A DNA stretch of 63,960 nt, counting the filler, from Octopus bimaculoides (taxonomy: Eukaryota), in the NCBI RefSeq assembly GCF_001194135.2. It is 3 parts of 3 records of this genome, joined end to end, with 100 filler letters (N's around TTAATTAATTAA, not from the genome) between each part and the next. Parts side by side here need not be neighbours in the genome. Positions count along the whole stretch, not along the records: positions 27,622 to 48,483 come from NC_068986.1; positions 48,584 to 63,960 come from NC_068983.1; 1 more part is not named here. The stretch is one strand, 5' to 3'. The position numbers and the translations under genes were made by a program. The notes under the pieces were generated by a model, which worked only from the letters and a program-made list of their open reading frames with translations, had not been told where the DNA came from and made no database searches. Shown here in pieces: positions 40,833 through 53,968 of this stretch. Position 1 is the stretch's first letter; every line of letters begins with the position of its first letter.

Positions 40833-41380
40833 CAGAACGTTCGGTCTTGTTTGTTCTGGTGGATTCTGTGAGAGCGGACAGCAGCCTGCTGTCCGAGGTC
40901 AAACAGGGTCTCTTCCCGCACATTACGAGCTTTGATACTTGGTTGTTAATTATCGTGGGAGACATTCAGCATCCAAGTACCGATCTCAAAATCTTAGCTG
41001 TCCCCAGGAGAGCAGGATTTTGGGCTTGCTCTGTTCTCATGTCAATTCTGATGCCTTTGACATGTATCTGGAACTTAGTTGTTAGTGCTCCGACTGCCCC
41101 TACAACTACTGGAATGACTGACACTCTCCTCATAGTCCACCGTTTTGCAATTTCGTCTTCTAGTAGTCTGTACTTTTCTTTCTTTTCTAGTTCTTTGTCA
41201 CTTATGTGTGCATCTCCAGGTATTGCAATATCTATGATCTTGGTTTCCTGTTTTCCTTTATCTACCACAATATCATGTCTCCGAGCCTCGATTAGGGAGT
41301 CACATTGTATTGTAAAATGCGGCAGTATCTTATGTTCCTTGTTCTCGGTGACTCGTGGTTAATTTTGTACTATTTCTGCA
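40832..41380 (-). mobile_element. R4/Dong-like non-LTR retrotransposon 3' end (restriction-like endonuclease domain), 5'-truncated
   Basis: ENKEHKILPHFTIQCDSLIEARRHDIVVDKGKQETKIIDIAIPGD...KEKY...VSVIPVVVGAVG contains the PD-(D/E)xK RLE region. A short 3' UTR and a (TAA)n tail follow. Confidence 0.85.
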
Positions 41381-41488
<108 letters not shown>

Positions 41489-43255
41489 TACGCGATTGTA
41501 TTCGGTTCATCGTTTTTTTTTTATACCGTTCATACCTATTGTTTGATTGACTGAATCCATAACTTGTACCATTCATATGTATGTATGTATGTAGATAGGT
41601 AGATAGGTATGAGTATGTATGTATGCATGTATAGATAGATAGAATGATTGATACACACACACACACACATATATATNNNNNNNNNNNNNNNNNNNNNNNN
41701 NNNNNNNNNNNNNNNNNNNNNNNNNNNNNNNNNNNNNNNNNNNNNNNNNNNNNNNNNNNNNNNNNNNNNNNNNNNNNNNNNNNNNNNNNNNNNNNNNNNN
41801 NNNNNNNNNNNNNNNNNNNNNNNNNNNNNNNNNNNNNNNNNNNNNNNNNNNNNNNNNNNNNNNNNNNNNNNNNNNNNNNNNNNNNNNNNNNNNNNNNNNN
41901 NNNNNNNNNNNNNNNNNNNNNNNNNNNNNNNNNNNNNNNNNNNNNNNNNNNNNNNNNNNNNNNNNNNNNNNNNNNNNNNNNNNNNNNNNNNNNNNNNNNN
42001 NNNNNNNNNNNNNNNNNNNNNNNNNNNNNNNNNNNNNNNNNNNNNNNNNNNNNNNNNNNNNNNNNNNNNNNNNNNNNNNNNNNNNNNNNNNNNNNNNNNN
42101 NNNNNNNNNNNNNNNNNNNNNNNNNNNNNNNNNNNNNNNNNNNNNNNNNNNNNNNNNNNNNNNNNNNNNNNNNNNNNNNNNNNNNNNNNNNNNNNNNNNN
42201 NNNNNNNNNNNNNNNNNNNNNNNNNNNNNNNNNNNNNNNNNNNNNNNNNNNNNNNNNNNNNNNNNNNNNNNNNNNNNNNNNNNNNNNNNNNNNNNNNNNN
42301 NNNNNNNTATATATATTCATACATAAATACATATATATAAATACATATTTACGTATAAATTTATGCATAATATACCTTGCCTAAGACATACATCCGATAG
42401 AGTTGTAGTGGCAGGATCATGACACACAGAAAATCTTAAACTATCTAAGACCTTGACTGTTATTTGTGTATACCTTTTATCCTCATTCACACGTCTTGGA
42501 AGCAACCTGAGGCATAAAGTCTCTTTGTATTTTTCTGTGTATCTTCGCGTCTTTGTGGCCAATAAAATAAAGATTATTGTTGCTATTGTTGTTTATGATG
42601 ATGATAATGATGATAGTGATGGTGATGACGATGACAAAGACGACGACGACGACGGTGATACTGCCCCTTTGATATTTTGTTTAATTATTCTATTTATTCT
42701 CCATTTCTGAGATCGATCAACAACCGTTACAATTAACTCGACTTAAAAGTAACCTGCATGCAGAGGAAAGATTACTGCTTAAGCGGATTTGTTTACGAAC
42801 ACACAGATCCCCTAACCAGCGGAGAATTCTTTCTTCTTCTTTATATTCTTTTTCTTTTCAGAACCCATCTAATAAAGTAATGGTTTGTCGTCAATTATTC
42901 ATCTAATTTTAAAGTGCAGTATAGTGCATAAATCTAATCTTTACAGCAAGCCAGTTGCACAGCACATATTCCCATATGTTTTATAAGCCTGTTTTACTAG
43001 ATGCATTGTCGCCCTTGAGCATGATGTTAATGCTACAACTTTCTAATGCATATCTGATAAAAGTACAGTGTCTTCCTGTATAATGAAGTTCTGCGCTGTG
43101 CTCCCTTAGAAAAAATGCTAGACTCAGAGCAAAACTTTATTAATGTGCTGTAAGACCGATTTTTGATAGAGACCTAATTCTTTTCGCTTAGTCAGCTAAT
43201 GTATTTGAAAGCATCACGAGTAACGGCACAATCTTACTCTTATAGATTATCAAAT

Positions 43256-43287
<32 letters not shown>

Positions 43288-45249
43288 TTGAAGGAAATGA
43301 ATAGAAATCGCTTTTCTGATAATTTTTCCAAACATTTAATTATTAACGTGGTAAAATTATCAGAAAAGTCATTTCTATTGATTTTTTCAGGTATATAAGA
43401 ATACAGCACAAAGTATTTAATATTTCTGTATGTATGTATGTATTATATATANNNNNNNNNNNNNNNNNNNNNNNNNNNNNNNNNNNNNNNNNNNNNNNNN
43501 NNNNNNNNNNNNNNNNNNNNNNNNNNNNNNNNNNNNNNNNNNNNNNNNNNNNNNNNNNNNNNNNNNNNNNNNNNNNNNNNNNNNNNNNNNNNNNNNNNNN
43601 NNNNNNNNNNNNNNNNNNNNNNNNNNNNNNNNNNNNNNNNNNNNNNNNNNNNNNNNNNNNNNNNNNNNNNNNNNNNNNNNNNNNNNNNNNNNNNNNNNNN
43701 NNNNNNNNNNNNNNNNNNNNNNNNNNNNNNNNNNNNNNNNNNNNNNNNNNNNNNNNNNNNNNNNNNNNNNNNNNNNNNNNNNNNNNNNNNNNNNNNNNNN
43801 NNNNNNNNATATATATATATTTATATATATGGAACTTGTTTATTTTATGTCGCATAAGATGGTGCCCATATTTCGCCATTCACTGGTCTCCGATGTGTGA
43901 AAGGAAAATAATGTTAATTGAAACTTTCACTTTACAATATATGTATATTTGTATATATTCATACATGCAAATACTCATATATTTGTGTGTAAGTTTGTCT
44001 GTATACATACATAATCATATATTTGTGCGTGTGTATGAACTTTTTTGAGCGCGAGTGTATGTGTGCGAGCGTGTTGCGCGCGCGTGTGTGTGTGAGCGTG
44101 TATTGCGAGAATATATATATATATTATTATTTTGTTTGGCGAATGTGTGGGTGAGTATGTGTGTGTTTTAAGTGAGGGTGGATCAGTATATATATATAGG
44201 CGCATGTACGTGGGCGTGCGGGCGCGCATGCGTATGTATGAACTTGTGCGCTTACGCGAATACTATGGACACTTTTACTCCCTTACCTATACTCCCTCCC
44301 CTCACTTAGCGGTCATTCTAATAGCTCTTTTGTCTTAATAACGGTCAACCACACTGTAATTTCCCTTTGTTTAACGGTCATTTTCATAGCATTCTTCGAT
44401 GGCCAGATAACTGAAGAGATGGCGGCGTGGGTTTCCGCCCTGGCATCCGAAACTCAGAGTTCTATCATGGCTAGTGAATAATTGTCACATATTATTTACA
44501 AATAAATTCCTCTGTTTACATAATATCGAGGTCCCTTTCTTTCTTTTGTTATCTTAACTTTTCTATCAATACATATATACATATATACATATAATATGTG
44601 TATATATGTATATATGTAAACATATGTGTGTATGTATGTATGTATGTATGGATGGATGGATGGATGGATGGATGGATGGATGGAGAGGAATCGCTGGCTA
44701 ACGGGAGTAATGCGTTCTTGTATATCTGGCTGTTAAAGTGAAATTCCTTAATGCGAAATTAATTTTTATATTGGTTTTCATATTATCTAGTGAAATTGCG
44801 TCACTACGGCCTTTTACAAAAAGAGAAAAAAAGGAATATATAAAACGCACAAGAAAGTAACAGAGAACAACCAACACTATCACCGTTATACATGAAAACA
44901 ACAATGTCTAAACATACGCAGTTAGAAAATGACTAATATCGTAAGAATACGTTCTTACCACATAAGATGTTGATTACTGTTTGAGGGTGTGTAGAAGTGG
45001 AATGAGCGTTACTATGAGGCTGAAGGTCAATATTTACCATCGTATAGTTCATTATCACTAGCAGAAGCTTGTCGGTTGAAGAACTTATACAAAAATATTT
45101 GTTGTTGATGACGCATCATCTCTCTGTACAGCGCAGTATAGGAACTGGCTCATTGTAAACTCATGTTGTAATTTTCATTTTACGTTTACGATTAATATGA
45201 TTATCAACAAATTCCAGCAGACTTTCCTCTATAATTTTCAGCCCCTCAA

Positions 45250-45840
45250 CAATATGTTCTGTAGCCATTTAAGTGGTGTAGGCGGAACCTCCATTGTCTC
45301 ATCTGTAATTCTAACCTTGTTTTTATTTTATTGTTTTTTTCCAGCATCAGCTTTTCGTTAGATAAACATTCTGGGAAACTAACAACTTAGTCCAATCATC
45401 ATCTTTGACTTCTTCAAATCCTACATCCTTTGCAAGTGTCATAATATTTTTTTCCGAATTTGATGTAGTCTTTCTGCTTGAGGAAATCTTGTAATGTCAC
45501 GGATAAAATTTGTCCATGTATTTATCCAATCACTATACATAGTTGAAGGTTTCATTTCATCTCGTGAGATAGCTATATTATCACCAGCATCATTATGTTC
45601 AATTTCTTTCAGAAATCTCTAATCAGGTCTATCCTCCCTGTCAATTACTTTCATAAATTATTTGAAAGTTCTCATAAAATTTACTTTGAAGTTAGTAATC
45701 ACACCTTGATCCATTGGCTGGAGCAAAAATGTATTCTTGGAGATATACAAGACACTCATTATCAGAAAGGTTGTCTAATTTCGCTGGGCGACTCGGTGCA
45801 TTGTCTAAGAGAAGGTTCGCCGGAATTTACAGAGAATTCG
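45250..45840 (-). mobile_element. Tigger/pogo (DDE_1) transposase remnant
   Basis: The minus-strand frames give LLLDNAPSRPAKLDNLSDN and LLQPMDQGVITNFK, motifs characteristic of Tigger-type transposases. The remnant is frameshifted. Confidence 0.8.
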
Positions 45841-46537
45841 CCCCATGCTCTTCTGACATAAGATATACACACACACACTCATACTCAAACACTCACACAC
45901 ACACTCTCTCACAGACACACACACAAACGCACACTCATGCACACACATGTACTGATATGTATGCTGATCTCTGTTGAAGCCAGTTGGATTCAACAGTTGG
46001 TAGATATTGGTGTTGTAGTGGTTATATTGTTCTTGCTAATTGTATTATTGTGAATGTTTAGACTCAAGTCAATCTCCATAGACTTAAAATCAAAGACATT
46101 TCATTCAACGTTTAGAATAAACTTGGATACCACATTATAAGTTTTTATTTGAAATGGATTTGTGTGTTTAATTTAATCTATATATTACGGCTGTTGTGTT
46201 GGTAGTGAAATTCGTGTAGATAGTTCTTATACTCACATTATATATACTCACATTATATATACTCACATTAGGTGCCTTATGTGTTTATGTGTTTACAAGT
46301 ATGTGTGTAACATGATGATAGTTTTGCAAATCGTTAACTATATACTTTGATCTGAACTGAAACGCCGGTGGCCATTGCACTAAGAAGAAAAGTGTAGTTC
46401 TTAATTTAAAACAATTTAAAACCATGCAATTCAAGTTTCCGTAAGAGCAAAATTACCTGACTGTATCCCGAAATTAATGGTCATACTTTACAATTTCCGT
46501 AACCGTGAAGTCCCGTAACGAAGAGGATCTCTCTCTC

Positions 46538-46615
<78 letters not shown>

Positions 46616-47598
46616 TAGATAGATAGATAGATAGATACATACATACATACATACATACATACATACATACATACATACATACAAACGTACGTAAAAACAT
46701 ACATACATACATACATACATTCATACATACATATATACATACATACAAACATATACACACACATGCTCACGTGCACGCACGCGCACACACACATATACAC
46801 ACACATATTTGACAGTGGAGACTTCGAAAAAAATCTTGCATTAATGACAAATTAATTTTATAATGCTGAACAATTTTGGGTCTTATTCCGTACTAAGAAA
46901 ACGGCCTGTGATGTATAATACAATTAAGTATTTGAGGCTCCTATTTCTTAATGATGACCAGTACTTAGCTCTCATTCCTTTGCTTCAAGCGATTCACTGC
47001 TAAATCCAATTAGCTTCAATTATATTGCTAATACCATTTAGAAGTGCATAATAACTCCTCGACCCAATCACCTTCATATTGAAAGTGTAACCTTGTATTT
47101 CAATAATCAATCCTTATTATGTGTATTGTGACGATAACTGCCATGAAAGTAGGACACCAAATACAATCAGACAGTTGGACATGATATATTAATTCACAGT
47201 GTAGTTTATAGAAGCTCTGTACAATTTATGAATGCCATATTAGCAGTGCTTCGTACACAACATTCTCAGGAACTAGAGTTAATGGGAAATTGTCCCAGTG
47301 TAATCCTTGAAGGATCACAGGATTATGCTGTTGTCTGTGATATATAGATGATTGAATATTTTTAGAAAACCATTATTAATACGAAGTTATTAGCGCAGAA
47401 TACGAAGTCTGTAGTATCTCAACGATTAAGTACTGTGGTAAAACTGTCATTGAGCATATGAAGTTATTACTATAGAATAATGATGAAGAATATAGTGAAG
47501 ACGATCGTAGTAGTAGTGGTGATCGTGGCGGTGGTGTTGATGATAATCATGATGATAAGGATGTGGATAATGACGATTTATTGTTATTATTATTATTA

Positions 47599-48055
47599 TG
47601 ATGCCCTGATGCAGTACTAGAAATGCCCTGATGCAGTACCAGAAATTCCCTGATGTAGTACCAGACAGTGGTTGTCATGGCTTCTTATCTTAACTGATTG
47701 GAGGTGCTATCATGTATATTGTTTTGTCTTGGTATAAAAGATGGGCTAAAGTAAATATTCTACTCAATACCACAGATTTGCTTGTCATTTGTTTGACTTC
47801 AACCTGTTAAGCATGTCCCTTGGTGGCTGACAATATATGCATCTCTGATTACGAGCACAAGTAGTGGGGGAAGCATCATAGTCATGTGTTGAGAAGAACT
47901 CTTTGGGGTTTGGATAATTCACGTTTGGAAACATGGGTATTTCGTTCGACATCCTCAAACAACCTTTATTCCAGGAACTTTTGAACGGGATGGGCTACTC
48001 GACCTGAAGAAAATTCTAGCTGGGGTAGTCATGATGGGTATTTTGGGCTTCGTAT
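47599..48055 (-). mobile_element. Interspersed repeat (SINE or LINE 3' UTR) flanked by (TAA)n, with a 22-bp unit triplicated at one end
   Basis: Flanked by (ATT)n at 47580 and (AAT)n at 48056. The unit 'atgccctgatgcagtac.agaa' occurs three times at 47599-47665. I recall this sequence as an abundant octopus repeat (not verified). Confidence 0.5.
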
Positions 48056-48071
48056 AATAATAATAATAATA

Positions 48072-48470
48072 TGAGGAGGCATGATTTTTGTCTGAAGTCT
48101 TTCAGTATGATGTCTGGCCTATTTGCGTCTATCTTTCTGTCAGTTTGAATGGTGAAGTTCCAGAGGAGTGCGATGTGATCATTTTCAAGTACTGGGGGTG
48201 GTTTGTGTTCCCACCAGTTTTTATCATGGGGCAAGTCCAGGTTTTTGCATATTACCCAGTGAATATATTGTGCAGCTCTATCATGCCTGTTGAGATACTC
48301 TGTAGGCGCAAGCAGACTGCACATGGAGACAACATGATCGATGGTCTCATTTTGTTGTTGGCATATACGACATAATGGGGAGCTGCCGTTCTTTAATATG
48401 TTGGCCTGGTAGTTCCTTGTAGGTAGGCATTGATCTTGGGCTGCTATGATAAAACCCTCTGTTTCTGATT
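48072..48470 (-). mobile_element. R4/Dong-like LINE fragment (CCHC zinc finger plus start of RLE)
   Basis: SETEGFIIAAQDQCLPTRNYQANILKNGSSPLCRICQQQNETIDHVVSMCSLLAPTEYLNRHD...LLWNFTIQTDRKIDANRPDII is open for about 130 codons. It abuts (TAA)n at both ends. Confidence 0.9.
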
Positions 48471-48583
48471 TATTATTATTATTNNNNNNNNNNNNNNNNN
48501 NNNNNNNNNNNNNNNNNNNNNNNNNNNTTAATTAATTAANNNNNNNNNNNNNNNNNNNNNNNNNNNNNNNNNNNNNNNNNNNN

Positions 48584-48622
<39 letters not shown>

Positions 48623-49019
48623 CCCCGCCAATAGGGAGGAAAACTACGGCATGGATATAAAAACTAAAAGCTAATGCTTGTATAAAAAATTCACGATGAA
48701 GATAATGGAAGTGGTCCCGAGTCACTAGCGGCCCTCCGAAGGGAGTTACTGGCCCTTTTCGAACATGTACAAAATCGCATTTCAAAAATAAATGAAGGGA
48801 CGAAGGGATATAATTTTTATCGGATTAACATACCTCTTTATGTTTATCGGTTTCAGGCTCAGCGCTACCAGCACCCAAAACTGAACGAAAATCTTACAGG
48901 GCACACTGATCCAAGGGGGATTACTGTACATGTTCAGTTGCGGTCATGCTGGGGGACCACCGTTTTGCAACATTGTTATTATTGAGAGCCTCCTCTGATA
49001 TGTGGAGTTTAGTTAATAA

Positions 49020-50400
49020 GGGAGTTTGATGTCGCTGCTCTCATTTGCATCTCCTGCCGCGAGGTAGGTTCATCTGGAACTCTCGACAGGAAGAGAGTCC
49101 CAGTTAAGTCCTGGGTCGAAAGAGTACAGCAGGGTTCGCCACCATCCCCTGCCGGAGCCTCGTGGAGCTTTAGGTGTTTTCGCTCAATAAACATTTATAA
49201 CGCCCGGTCTGGGAATCGAAACCGCTATCCAATGACCGCGAGTCCGCTGCCATTAACCACTGGGCCATTGCGCCTCCACAGCACGTGTATATAACCGTCA
49301 CGGTATGTTATGTAAAGTAAGGAATCACTTGAGAAAAATTACTTCCGTCTTCATTTTTAACACAAGACATGGAACATGTGACCTTTTGTTCTAATATACC
49401 CCGATTCTCTAAAATAGGTATAAATAATGCCAGATTGTTATTCTAAATGCACGTTGTTATTAGTAAAAACCTACATTCACTGTGGGCCCTTGAAAACCAG
49501 GCCGTTGCAGTAACTGGTCCTGAAGCGTGACGGTATTGTTGGGATTTTCGGTACTGTGCAGTGGTGACCCATTCTGGCATCTGTGTAGCTTTCAATACCA
49601 AAATTTAGCACAATCCCTTCCAGGATCTTCCTGATGTATATCACTGCATATCTCTCCCGCCTTCGCTCCAGGGAGTAGAGTTTTAGCTGTTTCAGCCTTT
49701 CCCAGTAGCTGAGCAGTTGCAAAGAGACGATCTTCTTTGTGAAGATTCGCTGGATTGCTTCAATGTCCGCTGTTAATTTCACACTGTGGGGTGACCATAG
49801 TTGGGAGCAGTAGTTCAGGTGGCTGAGGACGAATATCCTCCAGAGGACCATCTCTAGTTTTCGAGGTTCTCAAGATACAACCAGCCGTCTGCACTTTGTC
49901 ACCATCTTGGTAATGTGCACTTGGAAAGAGGTATCATCACTCATGTCGACACACAGGTCACGCACTAATTTAGTTTCTGGGATTGTAATCCCCCCTGGAT
50001 CAGTGTACCCTGTAAGATTTTCGTTCAGTTTTGGGTGCTGGTAGCGCAGGGCCTGGAATTTTCCAGCATTAAGCTGCGTGTTATTGTCCTCAGCCTACCT
50101 GCAAATTGCGTCCAATTCCTGCTGCAGGCGTGCAACATCACTAGGATTTTGTATTTTCTGCGAGGCTTTCATATCGTCTGCGTAGCTAACAAGTGTGAGT
50201 ATCCGGGCAGCTGAATGCATATCTGAGAGGGCCACTACGAAAAGAAAGTGCCCTGTGGATCACCGCTCATTATTTGTGTTTCCTTTGAGGTTGTTCCATT
50301 GGCCACCAGTGCCTGACTTCTATCTTTCAGAAAGTCATGTAGCCACTCTCCAAGTTTTCCTGCTATGCCAAAATCGCGCAGTTTGTGGCATGTCATATAG
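49020..50400 (-). mobile_element. CR1-like LINE (RT and C-terminus), interrupted at 49100-49466 by an insert
   Basis: Contains the SYADDMK RT motif (about 50170-50190), then YCSQLWSP..., YWERLKQLKLYSLERRRERY and FKGPQ. After the insert it resumes as LFLSRVPDEPTSRQEMQMRAATSNSL. Confidence 0.9.
49118..49466. repeat. Local direct duplicate of 51870-52217 (SINE C head plus unique flank)
   Basis: About 350 bp that is nearly identical to 51870-52217, including about 190 bp of non-SINE flank. Confidence 0.9.
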
Positions 50401-50622
50401 AAACCGTAATTTAGAATTCACTCCAACATTTTTTTCTTTGATTCAAGTATTCGACATCAGTATTTATGAGATCAGCTGTCATTTTCCTATCTCACTTCAG
50501 CATTTTTGTACAACTTTTCATTTGTAAATACCCATTTTCCCTAAACATAGGAAGAAAAAAATTCGGTGGGGCACTCTTTTGTAGGTATGCCATATGTGTA
50601 ATATAACGACATACCTGTGTCG

Positions 50623-50656
<34 letters not shown>

Positions 50657-50699
50657 ACGCATGCGCGCGTATAACTGTAATAACCTCTATTTATATTGC

Positions 50700-50975
50700 T
50701 TTTTCATGAAATAAGAGGACCGACTTCCTTCTCCTTCCTAAGAACGATTGATGGTCAAACTGTTTGTACTTAGCCGGTTTAGCCTTAAACTTGTTAGAAG
50801 ATAACAATCAATGGGACAGGAAAACGGCTGAAGCTTCGGTGTTACACACACCTATTTCTTTGAGAGATCTTTTCGCAATTTTTTACCTGAATTGTGAAGT
50901 AAGTAATCCATTAGCGTTGTGGAACAAATATAAGAATGATTTATCAGAAGACTACGAATATTTGCTTTGCGGGAA
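50700..50975 (+). mobile_element. Helitron RepHel internal fragment
   Basis: HEIRGPTSFSFLRTIDGQT...LALNLLEDNNQWDRKTAEASVLHTPISLRDLFAIFYLNCEVSNPLALWNKYKNDLSEDY matches the conserved region between Rep and helicase in Helitrons. Confidence 0.85.
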
Positions 50976-51680
50976 GGACTGTTTTAACGAAGTCGCGTCT
51001 TGTCCTTACCTTCGAAACGCGGAGTAGATAAAATAGGGGACAACTGATGAAGGGAATGTTCTTTATGTTGCATGTCTCGTTTCTCTGTTTGTTTTTTTTT
51101 GTTGTTCGAAAAAAGTTCGTTTTCTATGTTTTTGTTTTTTATGTTCTCGTTTCTCATTCTGTCTGCGTTTTTTTTTTTTGATGTCCTGTACCCACATATG
51201 CTTGTATATATACATATATGTGTAGGTATNNNNNNNNNNNNNNNNNNNNNNNNNNNNNNNNNNNNNNNNNNNNNNNNNNNNNNNNNNNNNNNNNNNNNNN
51301 NNNNNNNNNNNNNNNNNNNNNNNNNNNNNNNNNNNNNNNNNNNNNNNNNNNNNNNNNNNNNNNNNNNNNNNNNNNNNNNNNNNNNNNNNNNNNNNNNNNN
51401 NNNNNNNNNNNNNNNNNNNNNNNNNNNNNNNNNNNNNNNNNNNNNNNNNNNNNNNNNNNNNNNNNNNNNNNNNNNNNNNNNNNNNNNNNNNNNNNNNNNN
51501 NNNNNNNNNNNNNNNNNNNNNNNNNNNNNNNNNNNNNNNNNNNNNNNNNNNNNNNNNNNNNNNNNNNNNNNNNNNNNNNNNNNNNNNNNNNNNNNNNNNN
51601 NNNNNNNNNNNNNNNNNNNNNNNNNNNNNNNNNNNNNNNNNNNNNNNNNNNNNNNNNNNNNNNNNNNNNNNNNNNNNNNN

Positions 51681-52030
51681 CGAGGGTTCCAGTTGATCCG
51701 ATCAACGGAACAGCCTGCTCGTGAAATTAACAAACACGAGCATTCCACAGACACGTGTACCCATAACGTAGTTCTCGGGGATATTCAGCGTGACACAGTG
51801 TGACAAGGCTGGCCCTTTGAATTACAGGCACAACAGAAACAGGAAGAAAGAGTGAGAGAAAGTTGTGGTGAAAGAGTACAGCAGGGTTCGCCACCATCCC
51901 CTGCCGGAGCCTCGTGGAGCTTTAGGTGTTTTCGCTCAATAAACGCTTACAACGCCCGGTCTGGGAATCGAAACCGCGGTTCTATGACCGCGAGTCCGCT
52001 GCCCTAACCACTGGGCCATTGCGCCTCCAC
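51681..52030 (-). mobile_element. SINE family C copy
   Basis: Matches the 7055 and 27087 copies, with a tRNA-like head at about 51950-52030. Confidence 0.9.
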
Positions 52031-52436
52031 AGCACGTGTATATAACCGTCACCGTATGTTATGTAAAGTAACGAATCACTTGAAAAAAATTACTTCCGTC
52101 TTCATTTTTAACACAAGACATGGAACATGTGACCTTTTGTTCTAATATACCCGGATTCGCTAAAATAGGTATAAATAATGCCAGATTGTTATTCTAAATG
52201 CATGTTGTTATTAGTAACAATATATTGATATAAAAATCCATTTTAATGCTATATATGTCGTTTTATTTCTGTGTGCCGGAAAAATTCTGAATAGATGAAA
52301 TGAATTTCGTCTATCTATCACACCCACCTCTCAGTATTTCATGAATTCTTCCAACGCGTCATACATAGCGACTCAAATGTAATGAACTGACTCAACATTT
52401 CAAACTTAATTGTCGATCTAATAAACTGACTATCCA

Positions 52437-52640
52437 ATGTGGTGAGCAGGCAGAATCGTTAGCGCGCCGGACAAAATGTCCCAGCGACATTTCGTCCGTC
52501 TTTACATTCTGAGTTCAAATTCCGCCGAGATCGACTATGTCTTTCATCCATTTGAGGTTGATAAATTAAGTACAAGTGGAACACTGAAGTCGATGCAATC
52601 AGCTAGTCCCTTCCTCAAAAAATGTTAGGCTTTGTGTCTT
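52437..52640 (+). mobile_element. SINE family A copy
   Basis: 'gtggtgagcaggcagaatcgttagcgcgccggacaaaatg...ttctgagttcaaattccgccgagatcgactatgtctttcatcc'. Confidence 0.85.
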
Positions 52641-52774
52641 CAGCAGAATGGATATTATAAACCACTCTTTTATATTACTTCTGCCTGCCTCTGTGTATTG
52701 TATCTACCAAAATATTCCGCTATTTCTCTCAATATCTACATGAGCTTATGTCTATCTGTCTCTCTCTTTTTACT

Positions 52775-53186
52775 CTTTTACTCTTTTACTTGTTTCAGTC
52801 ATCTGACTGCGGCCATGCTGGAGCACCGCCTTTAGTCAAACAAATCGACCCCAGGACTTATTCTTTGGAAGCCTAGTACTTATTCTATCGGTCTCTTTTG
52901 CTGAACCGCTAAGTTACGGGGACGTAACCACACCACCATCGGTTGTCAAGCGAGGTTAGGGGGGCAAACACAGACACACAAACATATACACACACATACA
53001 TATATATATATGTATACATATATACGACGGGCTTCTTTCAATTTCCGTCTACCAAATCCACTCACAAGGCTTTGGTCGGCCCGAGGCTATAGTAGAAGAC
53101 ACTTGCCCGAGGTGCCACACAGTGGGACTGAACCCGGAACCATGTGGTTGGTAAGCAAGCTACTTACCACACAGCCACTCCTGCGT
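52775..53186 (-). mobile_element. SINE family B, full length
   Basis: Reverse complement of 31301-31698 with an intact head. Confidence 0.9.
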
Positions 53187-53769
53187 CTGTCTACTATCTA
53201 TGTATTTTTCTTTCTTTTTTTCTCTCTCTACACACACACTCACGCACACACACACACACACTCGCACGTACGCACACACACACACACACACATACACACA
53301 CACACACACGCTCAAACAAATAATAAGGGCGGCTTGTAAGCAATTTTTCAACCGAAAGGAAAATATATATACGTCCCTAAAGCGACTGATGGCGCTATTC
53401 AGTACCAGTATTGCTCATTCACACCCTTCCGTCACCTCTAGGGTAGGAGCTCTCCAATCCTCTAAAGCAATTCACCTTAGAAAATGTCCACTCCAATGTC
53501 AAACTTACAACTTTTGCCACTGCATGGGTCCTTGCCCCCTCAGCCACTGTGGTCCAATTTACAAATTTGAAGAGTAGGATCGGATTGCACGGACGGACTC
53601 TCAGTTTGAAACTACTATGCACAAGCAGGAAGAAAAGCCCCGCAACATCAAGGAGTAGCTTACATACCCACTTGTTGGTGTATCGCGCTTCCTAAAGATC
53701 TTCCGACACGAAGACACAACCATCATCCCCTCCCCTACACGCATACATACACCTAAAATAATCTCTTCT

Positions 53770-53962
53770 ACTATGGGCACAAGACCTGAAATTTTTGGGG
53801 AAGGGGCAAGTCGATTACATCGACCCCAGGACTTAACTGGTACTTAATTTATCAACCCTGAAAGAATGAAAGCAAAGTCGACCACGGCGAAATTTGAACT
53901 CAGAACGTAGCAGAACTAAGTATTTCGCCCGGCGTGCTAACGATTCTGCCAGCTCGCCGTCT
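53770..53962 (-). mobile_element. SINE family A copy
   Basis: Ends 'cggcgtgctaacgattctgccagctcgccgt', the reverse complement of the family A head. Confidence 0.85.
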
Positions 53963-53968
53963 TATACA

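Noticed and set aside
44190-44560. YY1-like (AGATGGCGGC) and TAACGG motifs suggesting a promoter
   Set aside because: There is no adjacent gene, and the sequence grades into what looks like an interspersed repeat. Motif evidence alone is insufficient.
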